This document shows positions 1 to 9,258 of a stretch of DNA of 64,000 nt, piece after piece. The DNA lies in the NCBI GenBank assembly GCA_964413715.1, contig CAYPSN010000001.1:135573-199572 (forward strand), given 5' to 3'. Both the position numbers and the translations under genes were made by a program. Within the stretch, counting starts at the first letter, position 1. Each line of letters starts with the position of its first letter. Source of the DNA: an uncultured Candidatus Saccharibacteria bacterium. GTDB lineage: Bacteria; Patescibacteriota; Saccharimonadia; CAILAD01; JADZBC01. The notes under the pieces were generated by a model. The model ran no database searches. It saw only the letters and a list, made by a program, of their open reading frames with translations, and was not told the origin of the DNA.

Positions 1-2
1 AC

Positions 3-254
3 TACCTTCAGGGCATCTTGTCGGTTGAAATACACACCATTCGGTGCCGACTTGTCGACCGGCTGAACGGGGGTGAGGCCATATCGCTGCATGATCCTCA
101 CTATATGTGTTGGCCGTTTGTGGCCGAACATCATGCCTACCTCAGCAAGCGTCGCAAGCTTTGGTTTCTGCCGAGCTGCCCACCTCTGACGTTCTTGCTC
201 GATCTCGTCTATCGCCATGTTTTCACTCCTGCGTATAGGGTACGAGTAGTTTGA
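3..254 (+). CDS. 3' part of hypothetical protein (runs in from window edge)
   Basis: Frame open from window start to TGA at 252-254; no recognisable motif. Confidence 0.5.
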   Translation, partial: YLQGILSVEIHTIRCRLVDRLNGGEAISLHDPHYMCWPFVAEHHAYLSKRRKLWFLPSCPPLTFLLDLVYRHVFTPAYRVRVV

Positions 255-294
255 GTATAGCTTGATTGGCCAGATTAGCAACCATAACAGATAA

Positions 295-323
295 TTGACA
301 AAATATAAGGCTTATGGTATTAT
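295..323 (+). promoter_or_regulatory. sigma70-type promoter
   Basis: TTGACA-17 bp-TATTAT with extended TG. Confidence 0.75.
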
Positions 324-388
324 GTCTAGGTTCAATGTCCACCGATTCTCGTGTGGGCACGAGCCCGCACCTACCCGGGGGAGGCCCC

Positions 389-718
389 ATGTACGAAAAA
401 CTGCTCGCTTCCTGGATCGTGCTTTGCGCGATACTCGGAGGTATCACCTGGAACTTTTACACGAAGTTCCAAGAAGCGAACCGTCTCTACGGGGAGCAAT
501 TCGACGCCACATCTCTTGAGCAGGTCTCTCATGCGATGGACAGAACCATGTTGGCATGTCTGTTGTTCAGCGGGGTTCTCGCTGTCGGAGCGTGCGCTTT
601 CATCGCCCATTACATCGGTTCGGCAAGTGAAGAAGGTTCGGACAGCGCGCAAGATGACGAACCTGACCCAGACACCCCCATGGATGCACCATGGGGCCAT
701 GAGTCGCGAGCGGCCTGA
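389..718 (+). CDS. Orphan 2-TM membrane protein (GC-rich unit)
   Basis: GGGGGAGG SD before ATG 389; two hydrophobic segments, acidic tail. Confidence 0.7.
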   Translation: MYEKLLASWIVLCAILGGITWNFYTKFQEANRLYGEQFDATSLEQVSHAMDRTMLACLLFSGVLAVGACAFIAHYIGSASEEGSDSAQDDEPDPDTPMDAPWGHESRAA

Positions 719-724
719 GGTGCG

Positions 725-808
725 GGCGGGGTGGAGTCTTCGGACTTCACCCCGCCAAACCCGTAATTATCTTTTGACGCCACCGTATTGCAGAGTGGTG
801 TTTTTGTT
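725..808 (+). terminator. Double hairpin (14-bp stem with cUUCGg loop, then U-tailed hairpin)
   Basis: GGCGGGGTGGAGTC-TTCG-GACTTCACCCCGCC, then GACGCCAC...GTGGTGTTTTTG. Confidence 0.7.
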
Positions 809-876
809 TACCAGTCATCAACAATTGACAGCTCTAAGCATAAGTAGTATGATAAGCGCAACTAAGTAAAACAAAA

Positions 877-1578
877 ATGCCTACTAAAAAATCAATTAAA
901 CCAAAGGGTCGTAAGCGCAAGCGCCAAACCTTCGACAAGCGTCTTGTACTGGCGGCTCTTATTTTAATCGGCCTGCTTGGCTTAGTCGTAGCAGGTCTAG
1001 CACCAGCCAAGACTGCTAAAAGTACCGGCTCACAGACAAAGACAGAACAGCAATCTACTGCATCTTCTACCAAATCCAAACAACCCAAAGCCGCAACGCC
1101 GACTAATAGCTCCGATACACCCAGCAGACCAAGCTCATCATCAAGCTCCCAGAACAAGCAGTCATCAAATAGCGGATCAACTCAGACCAACAACACAGCT
1201 CCCGTCAGCCAGCAGGGCGTTGCAGCTCCTGTATTCACTCCTACAGCTTCGGTTTCAAAAATCTTTGAAGAGATTACTGCCTGTGTACGCGAACGCTACA
1301 TCTTTAGTGGTCAAATTACAGCAAATATGGCCGGCACAGTTAACTGGAACTGGCTTCGTTGGGATGGCGGCACAAGTGGAGTCAGCGGCACGGTCACATT
1401 CGACAGTAATGGCAATACAAATGATGCCATGCCCTCATATGACTTCTGGATCCACCCAAATTATGATGTAAGTGGCTGGGTTGCGCTTCAGCTAACCTGG
1501 TCTGGTGGCAATTACACCACGCCTCACAGTAACTTTACTTATGTCGATGCCGATGTAAACCCAGGCGGCTGCCCTTAG
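877..1578 (+). CDS. Membrane-anchored/secreted protein with S/T/Q linker and C-terminal beta-rich domain
   Basis: Basic N-terminus, TM helix, low-complexity linker, Trp-rich C-domain; promoter TTGACA..TATGAT upstream. Confidence 0.75.
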   Translation: MPTKKSIKPKGRKRKRQTFDKRLVLAALILIGLLGLVVAGLAPAKTAKSTGSQTKTEQQSTASSTKSKQPKAATPTNSSDTPSRPSSSSSSQNKQSSNSGSTQTNNTAPVSQQGVAAPVFTPTASVSKIFEEITACVRERYIFSGQITANMAGTVNWNWLRWDGGTSGVSGTVTFDSNGNTNDAMPSYDFWIHPNYDVSGWVALQLTWSGGNYTTPHSNFTYVDADVNPGGCP

Positions 1579-1662
1579 ACTTTAGCAGTTTTGATACTAG
1601 TACGACGCTTTACGCCGGCGCAATTATTTACAAGAATTCACAACTTTCGTTATACTAAACAC

Positions 1663-2475
1663 ATGCATAAGCGTTATGGTTTTAGCGGGATAGAAGTAAT
1701 TTTGGTTCTAGCAATCATTGCTGCAGTTGGGGGTGTAGCTTGGTTTGGTTTGCGCGGCAATAACGCAAAAGATTCTAGTACTATAGCGAACGCTAAAGCC
1801 GTCACTTGGAGCTTTAACGGCACCGCTTGGGAAGCATCGGGCAAGCCACCGGCGTGTTCAAACCCAATACGCTTTAGCCAAGCGCCATCCGACTTATCAA
1901 AAGCAACTGCAGTGTTGTACCCAGGTCAAACCCGCGGCGGAAATTACAAACCACATGGTGGACTGCGCTACCCTGACGGGCAGAATAACGTCACAGTTAA
2001 AGCCATTTATGACGGTCGAGTTACAGAAGGCGCGCGCTATATCGAAGCAGGCGAAGTCCAGTATTTATTTACCATAGTAAACGATTGCGGCATTGCATAT
2101 CGTTTTGATCACTTACAGACGTTGAGTCCTAAGTTTCAAGCTATGGCTGATAAGTTGCCTGCCGCTCAGCCAAACGAGTCACGCACCACACGTTTTGACG
2201 ATCCTCTTGAAGTTAAGGCAGGGGAAATAGTCGCAACAGCAGTAGGGTTTCCTAAAATGCGCAACGCATCCTATGATTTAGGGGTATATGATCTGCGTAG
2301 CACCAACCAGGCCGCTCAAAGCGCTGAGTATCGCGCTAAACACCAACCCTGGCTGAATCAGGCTGCATACGCAGTGTGCTGGATCGACATGTTTTCAGCC
2401 AGTGACAACGCTATACTTGCGTCCTTACCCGGTGGAGACATGGTGAGCGGCAAACAAAGTGACTACTGCAAGTAA
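1663..2475 (+). CDS. Prepilin-type N-terminus fused to M23-like domain
   Basis: G/FSGIEVILVLAII class III signal motif; HGGL..., VKAIYDGRV, FDHL resemble the M23 fold; TATACT 6 nt before ATG. Confidence 0.65.
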   Translation: MHKRYGFSGIEVILVLAIIAAVGGVAWFGLRGNNAKDSSTIANAKAVTWSFNGTAWEASGKPPACSNPIRFSQAPSDLSKATAVLYPGQTRGGNYKPHGGLRYPDGQNNVTVKAIYDGRVTEGARYIEAGEVQYLFTIVNDCGIAYRFDHLQTLSPKFQAMADKLPAAQPNESRTTRFDDPLEVKAGEIVATAVGFPKMRNASYDLGVYDLRSTNQAAQSAEYRAKHQPWLNQAAYAVCWIDMFSASDNAILASLPGGDMVSGKQSDYCK

Positions 2476-2780
2476 TGGCTAAGCAAGATCAGCGTCCAGG
2501 AATTCTCGGTGGTATTGTTTGGCTCTTTATTGCTAGCTCGGTAGTGACCCTATTATTACGTTTTGGCTATGACGCGCTCGGCAAGCAGCCACAGGGGAGT
2601 ATTACGGCACTTTTGTATGATTGGAGCAATACACTTTTGCTGCCAATTAGCTGGCTTGATAGCTATTTAGAGCTCCCCAAAACGTTTGCCAATGTTAGCC
2701 TAACTATCCCGCTCGCGATAGGACTCTATGTGCTTGTGGGCTGGCTTGTGATGGCAGTTATGGCTCGCAATCGAGGCTGA
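2475..2780 (+). CDS. Small membrane protein
   Basis: Start overlaps upstream stop; 2-3 hydrophobic helices. Confidence 0.7.
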   Translation: MAKQDQRPGILGGIVWLFIASSVVTLLLRFGYDALGKQPQGSITALLYDWSNTLLLPISWLDSYLELPKTFANVSLTIPLAIGLYVLVGWLVMAVMARNRG

Positions 2781-2859
2781 GTCTGCTTGACAGCATACTT
2801 ATGAGGCGTAATATTAGGTGTACCTACCTGAAGAAGGTTGGTTCATCGGAGGTATCTCC

Positions 2860-3237
2860 TTGGTCGCACTCATGACTCGACCCGAGGCGCAGACCGTCGC
2901 GCCGAGCCGTCCCGACTACACACGCGCGGAGACGATCAACCTGATCAAGCGCGACGGCAGGTGCGGCACGATCCGTGCTCGCCTGCTGCTGTTCTTCGCC
3001 GAAGATCGCACCAAGCGTGGCTGTCACGGTCGCATGACCATGCTGCAAATGCTGCTGATCCATCCGGTGCTCGAGCGCATCATCCCAGATGGAGCGCAGG
3101 CCAAGCCAGGCACAGCACACGAGGCTCTCAACCAGCTCGATCCGCTGGGGCGTCCGTTCGTGCATGGCAAGGATCAGTTCCTGGGCGAGTGGTTCTGCCA
3201 CTGGAGCCTCGGCGTCCGGTTCGAGCCGCAGCGCTAG
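2860..3237 (+). CDS. Orphan protein (GC-rich unit)
   Basis: TTGACA-16-TAATAT at 2787-2814, GGAGG SD before TTG 2860, G/C-ending codons, hairpin at 3260-3295. Confidence 0.7.
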   Translation: MVALMTRPEAQTVAPSRPDYTRAETINLIKRDGRCGTIRARLLLFFAEDRTKRGCHGRMTMLQMLLIHPVLERIIPDGAQAKPGTAHEALNQLDPLGRPFVHGKDQFLGEWFCHWSLGVRFEPQR

Positions 3238-3335
3238 TACGCGGTCAAGCAACCTCCGAAGGCCCGCATTGCAATAACGCAACGCGGGCCTTCTGCTTAT
3301 TTGGTGCTATAATGGTCCAAACGGAGGGCACAATA

Positions 3336-3818
3336 ATGTTTGAGTGGTTTAAGGAATGGCGACGCAGTAGATTTCATCTCAAAACTCGACGCTTGTATGG
3401 TGGCCATCGTCACACTGCTGCGATGCTAGGCGTAGCCCAGGAACACCAGAAAGCTACCCAAGAGCTTCACGAGCACATCCATGCAGGGCAGGAAGCCAGA
3501 ATGGCTTCTATTGACACGTCGTTTAAAGACCCTCGCAATCAAGATCTCGCACGTCAGGCAGAAGTTGAATCAAAAGCTAAGCTCGAGCCGCTCATGGACC
3601 AAGACACTCAGGCTGCCGAGCAGTTGACGGCGGACAGGCAAAAAGATTATGACAAAGAGCTCAAAAAAGCCACCAAACACTACGCTCGACATCAGGATAA
3701 ATATTATGATGCAGCCGTCGAGGATATGCGCGAAGCAGGAATGGAGTTAAAGACAAATTCCCCTGAGCCCACCAAGGAATCAAAGCCGCCAAGAGACCCA
3801 GGCATTAAATTGGGCTAG
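3336..3818 (+). CDS. Hypothetical charged helical protein
   Basis: TATAAT at 3308 and GGAGG SD; ATG 3336 inside the longer 2838 ORF. Confidence 0.65.
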   Translation: MFEWFKEWRRSRFHLKTRRLYGGHRHTAAMLGVAQEHQKATQELHEHIHAGQEARMASIDTSFKDPRNQDLARQAEVESKAKLEPLMDQDTQAAEQLTADRQKDYDKELKKATKHYARHQDKYYDAAVEDMREAGMELKTNSPEPTKESKPPRDPGIKLG

Positions 3819-3819
3819 A

Positions 3820-3853
3820 ACAGAAGCCCCCGACCTAAGCCAGGGGCTTCTGT
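3820..3853. terminator. Hairpin between convergent genes
   Basis: ACAGAAGCCCC...GGGGCTTCTGT. Confidence 0.7.
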
Positions 3854-4419
3854 CAGGGGATGTTGCGAGTGTCTATGCTGCGTGAGTACGCTTCGAATAT
3901 CTCGTTTGCCTCCTTTCGAACCAAGCGCTCGGTATCACGCAACCGACGCTTGCTTACGACAGTGTGAACAATGTCGATCAAGATGCAGACTAGGGCAGCT
4001 ACAAAAATGGCGACCGTAACGACGACGTTCTCGCTCCTCGCCGATACTCTCAGCCAGCCTACCGCTACGCAGACCAGCCAAGACGTCCAGCAGGTGATCT
4101 TCACCCACAAAATTCGCTTTTCAGAACGGACGTACTGAGCAAGCAAGCGTCGTTGTTTCTGCTCCAGGCTGCCTAATCTGCTTTGCGCCTCTAGCACTGC
4201 CGTGCGTTGCTGCTGAACGTGCCTAACTCTAGCAGCAATTAAGGCATCGTCCTTGCGTGGAGCTTCTTCCAGCAGGTAGGTATCGAGATCACTCAAGATA
4301 CTGTCTGCCAGATTGCGCGCATTTCTGGTATTGTCGACTTCTTCGGCAAGCTGAAACTCCAGATCGATGTGCTGCCGAACACGACGAACACTTGGAAGCC
4401 AGCCCAAAATTCGCTTCAT
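3853..4419 (-). CDS. Orphan coiled-coil + 2-TM protein
   Basis: Own promoter TTGTAT-17-TATAGT (4457-4485, - strand); heptad-like region then two TM helices. Confidence 0.7.
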   Translation of the reverse strand: MKRILGWLPSVRRVRQHIDLEFQLAEEVDNTRNARNLADSILSDLDTYLLEEAPRKDDALIAARVRHVQQQRTAVLEAQSRLGSLEQKQRRLLAQYVRSEKRILWVKITCWTSWLVCVAVGWLRVSARSENVVVTVAIFVAALVCILIDIVHTVVSKRRLRDTERLVRKEANEIFEAYSRSIDTRNIP

Positions 4420-4487
4420 GCTGCCCCCAGGGCACTCGTAGATACGAAGTGAGCAAACTATATACTATTAATGCCAAAAATACAATA

Positions 4488-4982
4488 CTAAGCGCGACGG
4501 CGGGGTATAAATCGAGGTGTATTTAACTTATAGCGCGCGTAGCGTGAGCCGAACAGGGCTTCGAGCATGGCTTCTTCGCGCTGAGATTTTATCCATAGCA
4601 CCACAACAAGGCTGGCAAAGATCAACGCTCGGGCAATGCTTACTCGTATCAGTAATGTGCCAAGTGCCCATAGGATTATTCCGCTATATACTGGGTGGCG
4701 GACTCGCTTGTATAAGCCGCTGGTCGTGAGCTGGGCATTCTTTACGGGTTCGGCGAATATCGAAAGGGAATACTTGCGCAGTTGCCAGAGCGCTCGGGCA
4801 GCAATGTAGACACCACCAAGTCGCATGAGGTTGGCAAAGAGTATATGTAGCCCGCCCTCGCGTCGGCCAGGGAAGTACAAAACTGCAATCATCAAGCCAA
4901 GCTGAAGTGCAACCAAGATAATGCTGATAGTTTTTGGCTTTGGACTTACTGCATGCCGCCCGCTGCGTCTGCGCCGTTTCAT
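4488..4982 (-). CDS. Isoprenylcysteine carboxylmethyltransferase (ICMT/Ste14) family protein
   Basis: L.T.GLY..VRHP.Y.G, EE..L...FG..Y..Y....PRFIP motifs. Confidence 0.9.
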   Translation of the reverse strand: MKRRRRSGRHAVSPKPKTISIILVALQLGLMIAVLYFPGRREGGLHILFANLMRLGGVYIAARALWQLRKYSLSIFAEPVKNAQLTTSGLYKRVRHPVYSGIILWALGTLLIRVSIARALIFASLVVVLWIKSQREEAMLEALFGSRYARYKLNTPRFIPRRRA

Positions 4983-5032
4983 AGCCCAAGTATACCGCTT
5001 GTGCTTAATAAAATCGAGTAAATTATTTCAGG

Positions 5033-5077
5033 TACGAAAAGAGCCCCGGAGGGGAGTACAGGACTCTTCCGGGGCTC
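5033..5077 (-). repeat. Family-A 37-nt hairpin repeat, copy 1
   Basis: TACGAAAA-GAGCCCCG...GAGT..ACTC...CGGGGCTC, 3' of a minus-strand GC-rich gene. Confidence 0.85.
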
Positions 5078-5099
5078 ACGTGCGTAGCCCTTGGTGGTC

Positions 5100-5480
5100 T
5101 CAGCCGAAGTACCAGCTGAAGCCGGCACCCATGATCATGCCTGCCATCAGACAGAGCATGGCTGGCAGGGCGATGGCAGCACGGATCTCGTTCTGCACGA
5201 GGTACGCCGATGGCTGCACCCAGTAGTTGGCGTACTTGGCATTCACCTTGCGGCGAGCGCGCAACCAGCCGAACAGGGCACCGATGTAGCCGCCGATCAA
5301 GGCACCACCGACCGCCCAGAGGAACGGAGTGGTGTTCTCCTGCCCGCCCGACGAACGGGTGGTGTAGAGGAACTTCAGCACCAGCCCCGGATCCATGAAG
5401 CGGATGTAGGTCATCACCGCGATGAGGCCGATGATCAGGCCGATGCCGACCTTGTACAGCACATCCTTCACGGCCGTCAC
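5100..5480 (-). CDS. Orphan 3-TM membrane protein (GC-rich unit)
   Basis: Three hydrophobic helices; GTGA coupling to upstream small ORF. Confidence 0.75.
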   Translation of the reverse strand: MTAVKDVLYKVGIGLIIGLIAVMTYIRFMDPGLVLKFLYTTRSSGGQENTTPFLWAVGGALIGGYIGALFGWLRARRKVNAKYANYWVQPSAYLVQNEIRAAIALPAMLCLMAGMIMGAGFSWYFG

Positions 5481-5587
5481 TTGAGACCACTCAGCGCCCA
5501 GTACAGGACAGCCGAGGTTCCCACGGTGAACAGCGCCGTGAGGACGTTCTTCTGCAGCTCGGTGAGCTGCTTCTTTGCCTTGGCCAC
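5477..5587 (-). CDS. 36-aa single-TM small protein (not in ORF track)
   Basis: AAGGAGG SD, GTG; MAKAKKQLTELQKNVLTALFTVGTSAVLYWALSGLK*; promoter TTGACA-17-TAATAT at 5625-5653. Confidence 0.7.
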   Translation of the reverse strand: MAKAKKQLTELQKNVLTALFTVGTSAVLYWALSGLK

Positions 5588-5871
5588 AGGGGCCTCCTTG
5601 ATGTAGGGAACTACGAACGTATGCATATTACCATATTACTTATGCTTTGTCAATAATATCCTCTCTGCTGCGGCGCAGAAAACATTGCGTTTTTAGACTT
5701 TCGTTCTTTTGAACTCATCAGCATAGAAACACATCTATGGAGTCTCCCGAGGGAGCCCACAATGAGCGCGCTTTTTGTTGCGCGCCCACCATGAGCGTCT
5801 CCTCAGGTGCCTGATTGTACAGGACTTTTTGGACGGATTAGCCGCCCTCTTCGCCTCTTGGGCTTGGGATG

Positions 5872-7605
5872 TCAGCGCTTGCCGAGGATGTGCAGCTCGA
5901 TCGTCGGCCTGATCTTGTTGTCGATCAGAGTGCGGTAGGTGTCCAGCTCGGCGTCCGTTGGGAAGTGCGCCAGCAGGGTGAGCAGCTCGATGGCCAACCA
6001 CTCCTGCAGGTGCATGATCCAGCGGTCGTTTCGAGCCGTGTGCCTGCCGTTGGTCTCGTCGAGCTTGACCCAGTCGGGGTGCCTGATGTTGAGCACCAGG
6101 GTTCCCGTGCTGGACTCGAACTCCCACAGGTGGGCGTTGCCAGCAAGCTCGTCGTAGCGGAACGACAGACCCTGGGAGCTTGCGCTCACAGAGCCCTTCT
6201 TGGTTCCACCCGACCCACCGGGATGCGGCTTGGTTGGGCGTTCGCCCTCACCGCTACCGCCGCCGGGCTTGCGCCCGCCGCTCGTGCCGTTGCCGCCACG
6301 AGTACCTGGCTCGTCATCGCCCGAGGTCTCACCCTCGGCCTTCTCGCTACCTCCGGGGTCCGGAGATGGTGCTCCGAAGCGCTTCCAGTCGGCGTCGGGG
6401 AATTGCTCGCTCAGTCGCTTGAGGCTCTCGTTGGCGAGGTCCTCGTAGCGGGAGCGATCCTGATCTTCCCGTTCCTCCTCGTAGAGCGCCTGCCCGACTT
6501 CCTCGTACCAGGTGCTCAGCACCAAGTACAAGCCGTGCAGGGGATCGTTGTACTTGAAGCTCTCCCGATCATCACGCAGGGTGATGTTCTCACATCGGAT
6601 GTAGCCCTCGAAGTACCCCGAGCAGAGCACGCTGGCAGCGTCGCTGACGAATTCCCAGAACTTGCCGGAGCGAGCCTGGTTGGCAAACGCCGTCATCGTC
6701 ACACCGAAGTCACCAACCTGGCGCATGACCTGCACCTTGCCCTCCCGCCTGCCGCGCTGTTGCGGCGCACGAAAGAGGGTGATGGTGACCTTGCCGGCGA
6801 TCGGGTCGGTGTACTCGACAACGTCGAGCGGATCTCCCTGGAACGACTGAGGTTCGATGTCACAAACCTCCTTGCTGCCGTTCGAGATCAGGGCGATGCG
6901 CACCTCGACACCCTTGCGCTGCATGGCGATGCCGAAGTTCTGACGGATCTCCGACACGAGCACTTCCAGGTCGATACGACTGACATGCCGGTCCTTGGTC
7001 AGGCCGTTCATCTTGATCATGGTCTGGTAGCGAACGCCGAAACGACCGCTCAGTTCACTGCGGAACTGCTGACCAGGATCCGGAAGCTTGTGGATCGACT
7101 TCCACGGGATGTGGAGCGTCTCGTGCTGAACTCGCACCTCTTCTTCTCGGAAGGTCCACACGTGGCCCTTCTTCGCACCACGTGCGATCGAAGCGAAGGT
7201 GTAGGTCTTGCACTTGTCGATTGGAGCCACGAGCCCCAAGCCGAACTCGCCCAGCTTGTCGGCATCCTTGATGGAGTTACCGATGTTGAGCAGAGCCTCG
7301 TTGAAGCCTGCCATCGTGGTGCCCTTGCCGTTGTCGAGCACGATCACCACTCGCTTGTCGAGATCGATACCGACGAAGATCAGGCTGGCGCCTTGATCGA
7401 TGCCGTTCTGAACCATCTCCTTGAGCGCTGCTCGCAGGGTGGGGTACCGATCTGCGTAGTACATGATGGCATTGCCTTGGTGGACACCGGCCGGGGAAGA
7501 CCCCGAACCGGCCTGGACAGCCTCAGCGGGTTCGCCGCTGGGGTCTTCTGTGGGTTCCTCAGCGGGATCGCCGCTGGGGTCATCTGTGGACTCAGCCACG
7601 GTCAC
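5872..7605 (-). CDS. GHKL (HSP90/MORC-like) ATPase
   Basis: ALKEMVQNGIDQGA, DNGKG, LGEFGLG boxes; Gly-rich linker; C-terminal LN..HP motif. Confidence 0.8.
   Translation of the reverse strand: MTVAESTDDPSGDPAEEPTEDPSGEPAEAVQAGSGSSPAGVHQGNAIMYYADRYPTLRAALKEMVQNGIDQGASLIFVGIDLDKRVVIVLDNGKGTTMAGFNEALLNIGNSIKDADKLGEFGLGLVAPIDKCKTYTFASIARGAKKGHVWTFREEEVRVQHETLHIPWKSIHKLPDPGQQFRSELSGRFGVRYQTMIKMNGLTKDRHVSRIDLEVLVSEIRQNFGIAMQRKGVEVRIALISNGSKEVCDIEPQSFQGDPLDVVEYTDPIAGKVTITLFRAPQQRGRREGKVQVMRQVGDFGVTMTAFANQARSGKFWEFVSDAASVLCSGYFEGYIRCENITLRDDRESFKYNDPLHGLYLVLSTWYEEVGQALYEEEREDQDRSRYEDLANESLKRLSEQFPDADWKRFGAPSPDPGGSEKAEGETSGDDEPGTRGGNGTSGGRKPGGGSGEGERPTKPHPGGSGGTKKGSVSASSQGLSFRYDELAGNAHLWEFESSTGTLVLNIRHPDWVKLDETNGRHTARNDRWIMHLQEWLAIELLTLLAHFPTDAELDTYRTLIDNKIRPTIELHILGKR
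7521..7592. repeat. 2 x 36-bp in-frame tandem repeat
   Basis: CCTCAGCGGG(T/A)TCGCCGCTGGGGTC(T/A)TCTGTGG twice; encodes STDDPSGDPAEE/PTEDPSGEPAEA. Confidence 0.85.
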
Positions 7606-8318
7606 CTTCCTTCTCGGTGTTGTGCACGAGCACGCTCGGAGTTGAGCGCGTTCAGGACTTGGGAAAGGTTGAACAAGCTGTTGGCCAGCTCGAACAACTC
7701 TTCGCCCGCCAGCTCACGCAGGCGGGAGCGCTGGGCTGGAGTCCAAGATTCCAGTGCCAGCAAAGCAAGGGGGGATACCCCTTTCACCATCGCTGCCAGT
7801 ACGGGCACCAGCACGTCGAATGCTGGCGCTTCCGCCAACACCTCTGGGGTTGCCTCTGGAAGCGGGGGAAGAGCACTTGGACTGAACGCACGCAGCTTGT
7901 CCTGCAGTCCGCTCTTGGCGTACTGCAAGCTTTCTCCGTACATCTCCTCCAGGCCCTCGACGCCCACAGCAGGCTGCATGGGCTCACGCCCACGCAGGAT
8001 CTGCAGCACGTCTTGGTTGTTCTTGACCCCGCTCAGCTGCTTGGCCTCATCGATCGTGATGACCGAGTAGGCGTACAGCTCGGCGAGGTACTGGTTGAAC
8101 TGCGGAATCCGAAGCTCGGGGATCTCATACCCGGCAGCCAGCACGAAGTGCCAGAGCCGAATCTCGAGGGTTCCCTGAGCCGGATTGCTGTTGGCTGTCC
8201 AGCGTTCCACGGAAGACCGCGCAGCCCCCACGAAATCACAGACGGGCTGTGTTCCATGATGGGTTACGAAGTCCGCCAGGGACGGCTGCAGCCACCGAAA
8301 TGGCTTGTGAACCTGCAT
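7602..8318 (-). CDS. Hypothetical protein with possible HTH segments, coupled to GHKL ATPase
   Basis: GAAGGAG SD before ATG 8318; VCDFVGAARSSVERW is HTH-like; promoter TTGACA-16-TAGAAT at 8411-8438. Confidence 0.7.
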   Translation of the reverse strand: MQVHKPFRWLQPSLADFVTHHGTQPVCDFVGAARSSVERWTANSNPAQGTLEIRLWHFVLAAGYEIPELRIPQFNQYLAELYAYSVITIDEAKQLSGVKNNQDVLQILRGREPMQPAVGVEGLEEMYGESLQYAKSGLQDKLRAFSPSALPPLPEATPEVLAEAPAFDVLVPVLAAMVKGVSPLALLALESWTPAQRSRLRELAGEELFELANSLFNLSQVLNALNSERARAQHREGR

Positions 8319-8663
8319 GGCTCCTTCTTGGGGGTTGATGGGTGGGTGGATTAGCGAACTAATCATCCCTTTTTTCAAAGGGCGATCGTCCGTAAACGGA
8401 CGTCTGTATTATTCTATCATCATATCTGTTTTTGTCAATCATTTTTTACGTTTATTATTGTTAACAAACGTAAATAGTTTAAAGATAGGCCGTAAGTGAT
8501 TTTACTTATATTAATTCGTCATGTGTCGTTGACAATTATGTAGTGCTTATTAGCAAGAATGACATTGCCCACCAACTCTCTCAAGAACCTACAGAATGAG
8601 CAGGGATTGCACCGCAGGAGTATAATATAAGTGTAAGGAGAGATACTCTCCACAGGAGGTTCT

Positions 8664-9176
8664 ATGGCTACCATATCATCTAACCTGCCGCTACTCGACA
8701 AGAGCACATCGACAACAGATTGCTGCCCCATCTTCCGGCCGAAAGACTGGGATGGCAAGGTCTTTACCTTCAAAGACAAGCCGTTTATTAAAGACCATAC
8801 GGTGAGTTTTTTGCACATTCCGCTCAATATGAGCAAGGTAATGGCGCGACTTTCTAAAACAGCTGAAGATGCTCATGCGAGTGCCGAGGACTTCATCCTC
8901 TTAAGCCAAGACACCTCTCCCTGGCATGCCGACCACTATTATGCGGTGTCGAAATCAATCAGTGGCGCCGAAAACGTCACACTAACTGGCACGTATTACG
9001 CCAAAGTATACGAAGGCGAGTACAAAGACATGACTAAGTGGTATAAGGACTTGATTGCTGCCGTAGAGCAGCGTGGCGATGAGCTCCAAGAAATCTACTT
9101 TTATTACACCACCTGCCCTAAGTGCACCAAGGTGTATGGCAAAAACTATGTGCTGGGCTTTGCAAAAATAGGGTAG
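8664..9176 (+). CDS. Conserved hypothetical protein (CCP.F.P..WD...YYTTCPKC...YGKNY type, often labelled hydrolase)
   Basis: Motif pattern recognised from memory; AGGAGG SD. Confidence 0.7.
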   Translation: MATISSNLPLLDKSTSTTDCCPIFRPKDWDGKVFTFKDKPFIKDHTVSFLHIPLNMSKVMARLSKTAEDAHASAEDFILLSQDTSPWHADHYYAVSKSISGAENVTLTGTYYAKVYEGEYKDMTKWYKDLIAAVEQRGDELQEIYFYYTTCPKCTKVYGKNYVLGFAKIG

Positions 9177-9192
9177 CCAGCGACATACTGAA

Positions 9193-9237
9193 TACGAAAA
9201 GAGCCCCGACTGGAGTCGTGGACTCTAATCGGGGCTT
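9193..9237 (-). repeat. Family-A 37-nt hairpin repeat, copy 2
   Basis: TACGAAAA-GAGCCCCG...GAGT..ACTC...CGGGGCTT. Confidence 0.85.
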
Positions 9238-9258
9238 GTAGGGCCGTTGGTGCGGTGG

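Noticed and set aside
2838-3335. N-terminal extension of the 326-aa ORF
   Set aside because: Overlaps the 2860 gene and its terminator; promoter and SD support ATG 3336.
5869-8070. 733-aa + strand ORF
   Set aside because: Antisense shadow of the GHKL ATPase operon; GC3-biased genes leave the opposite frame open; no motifs.
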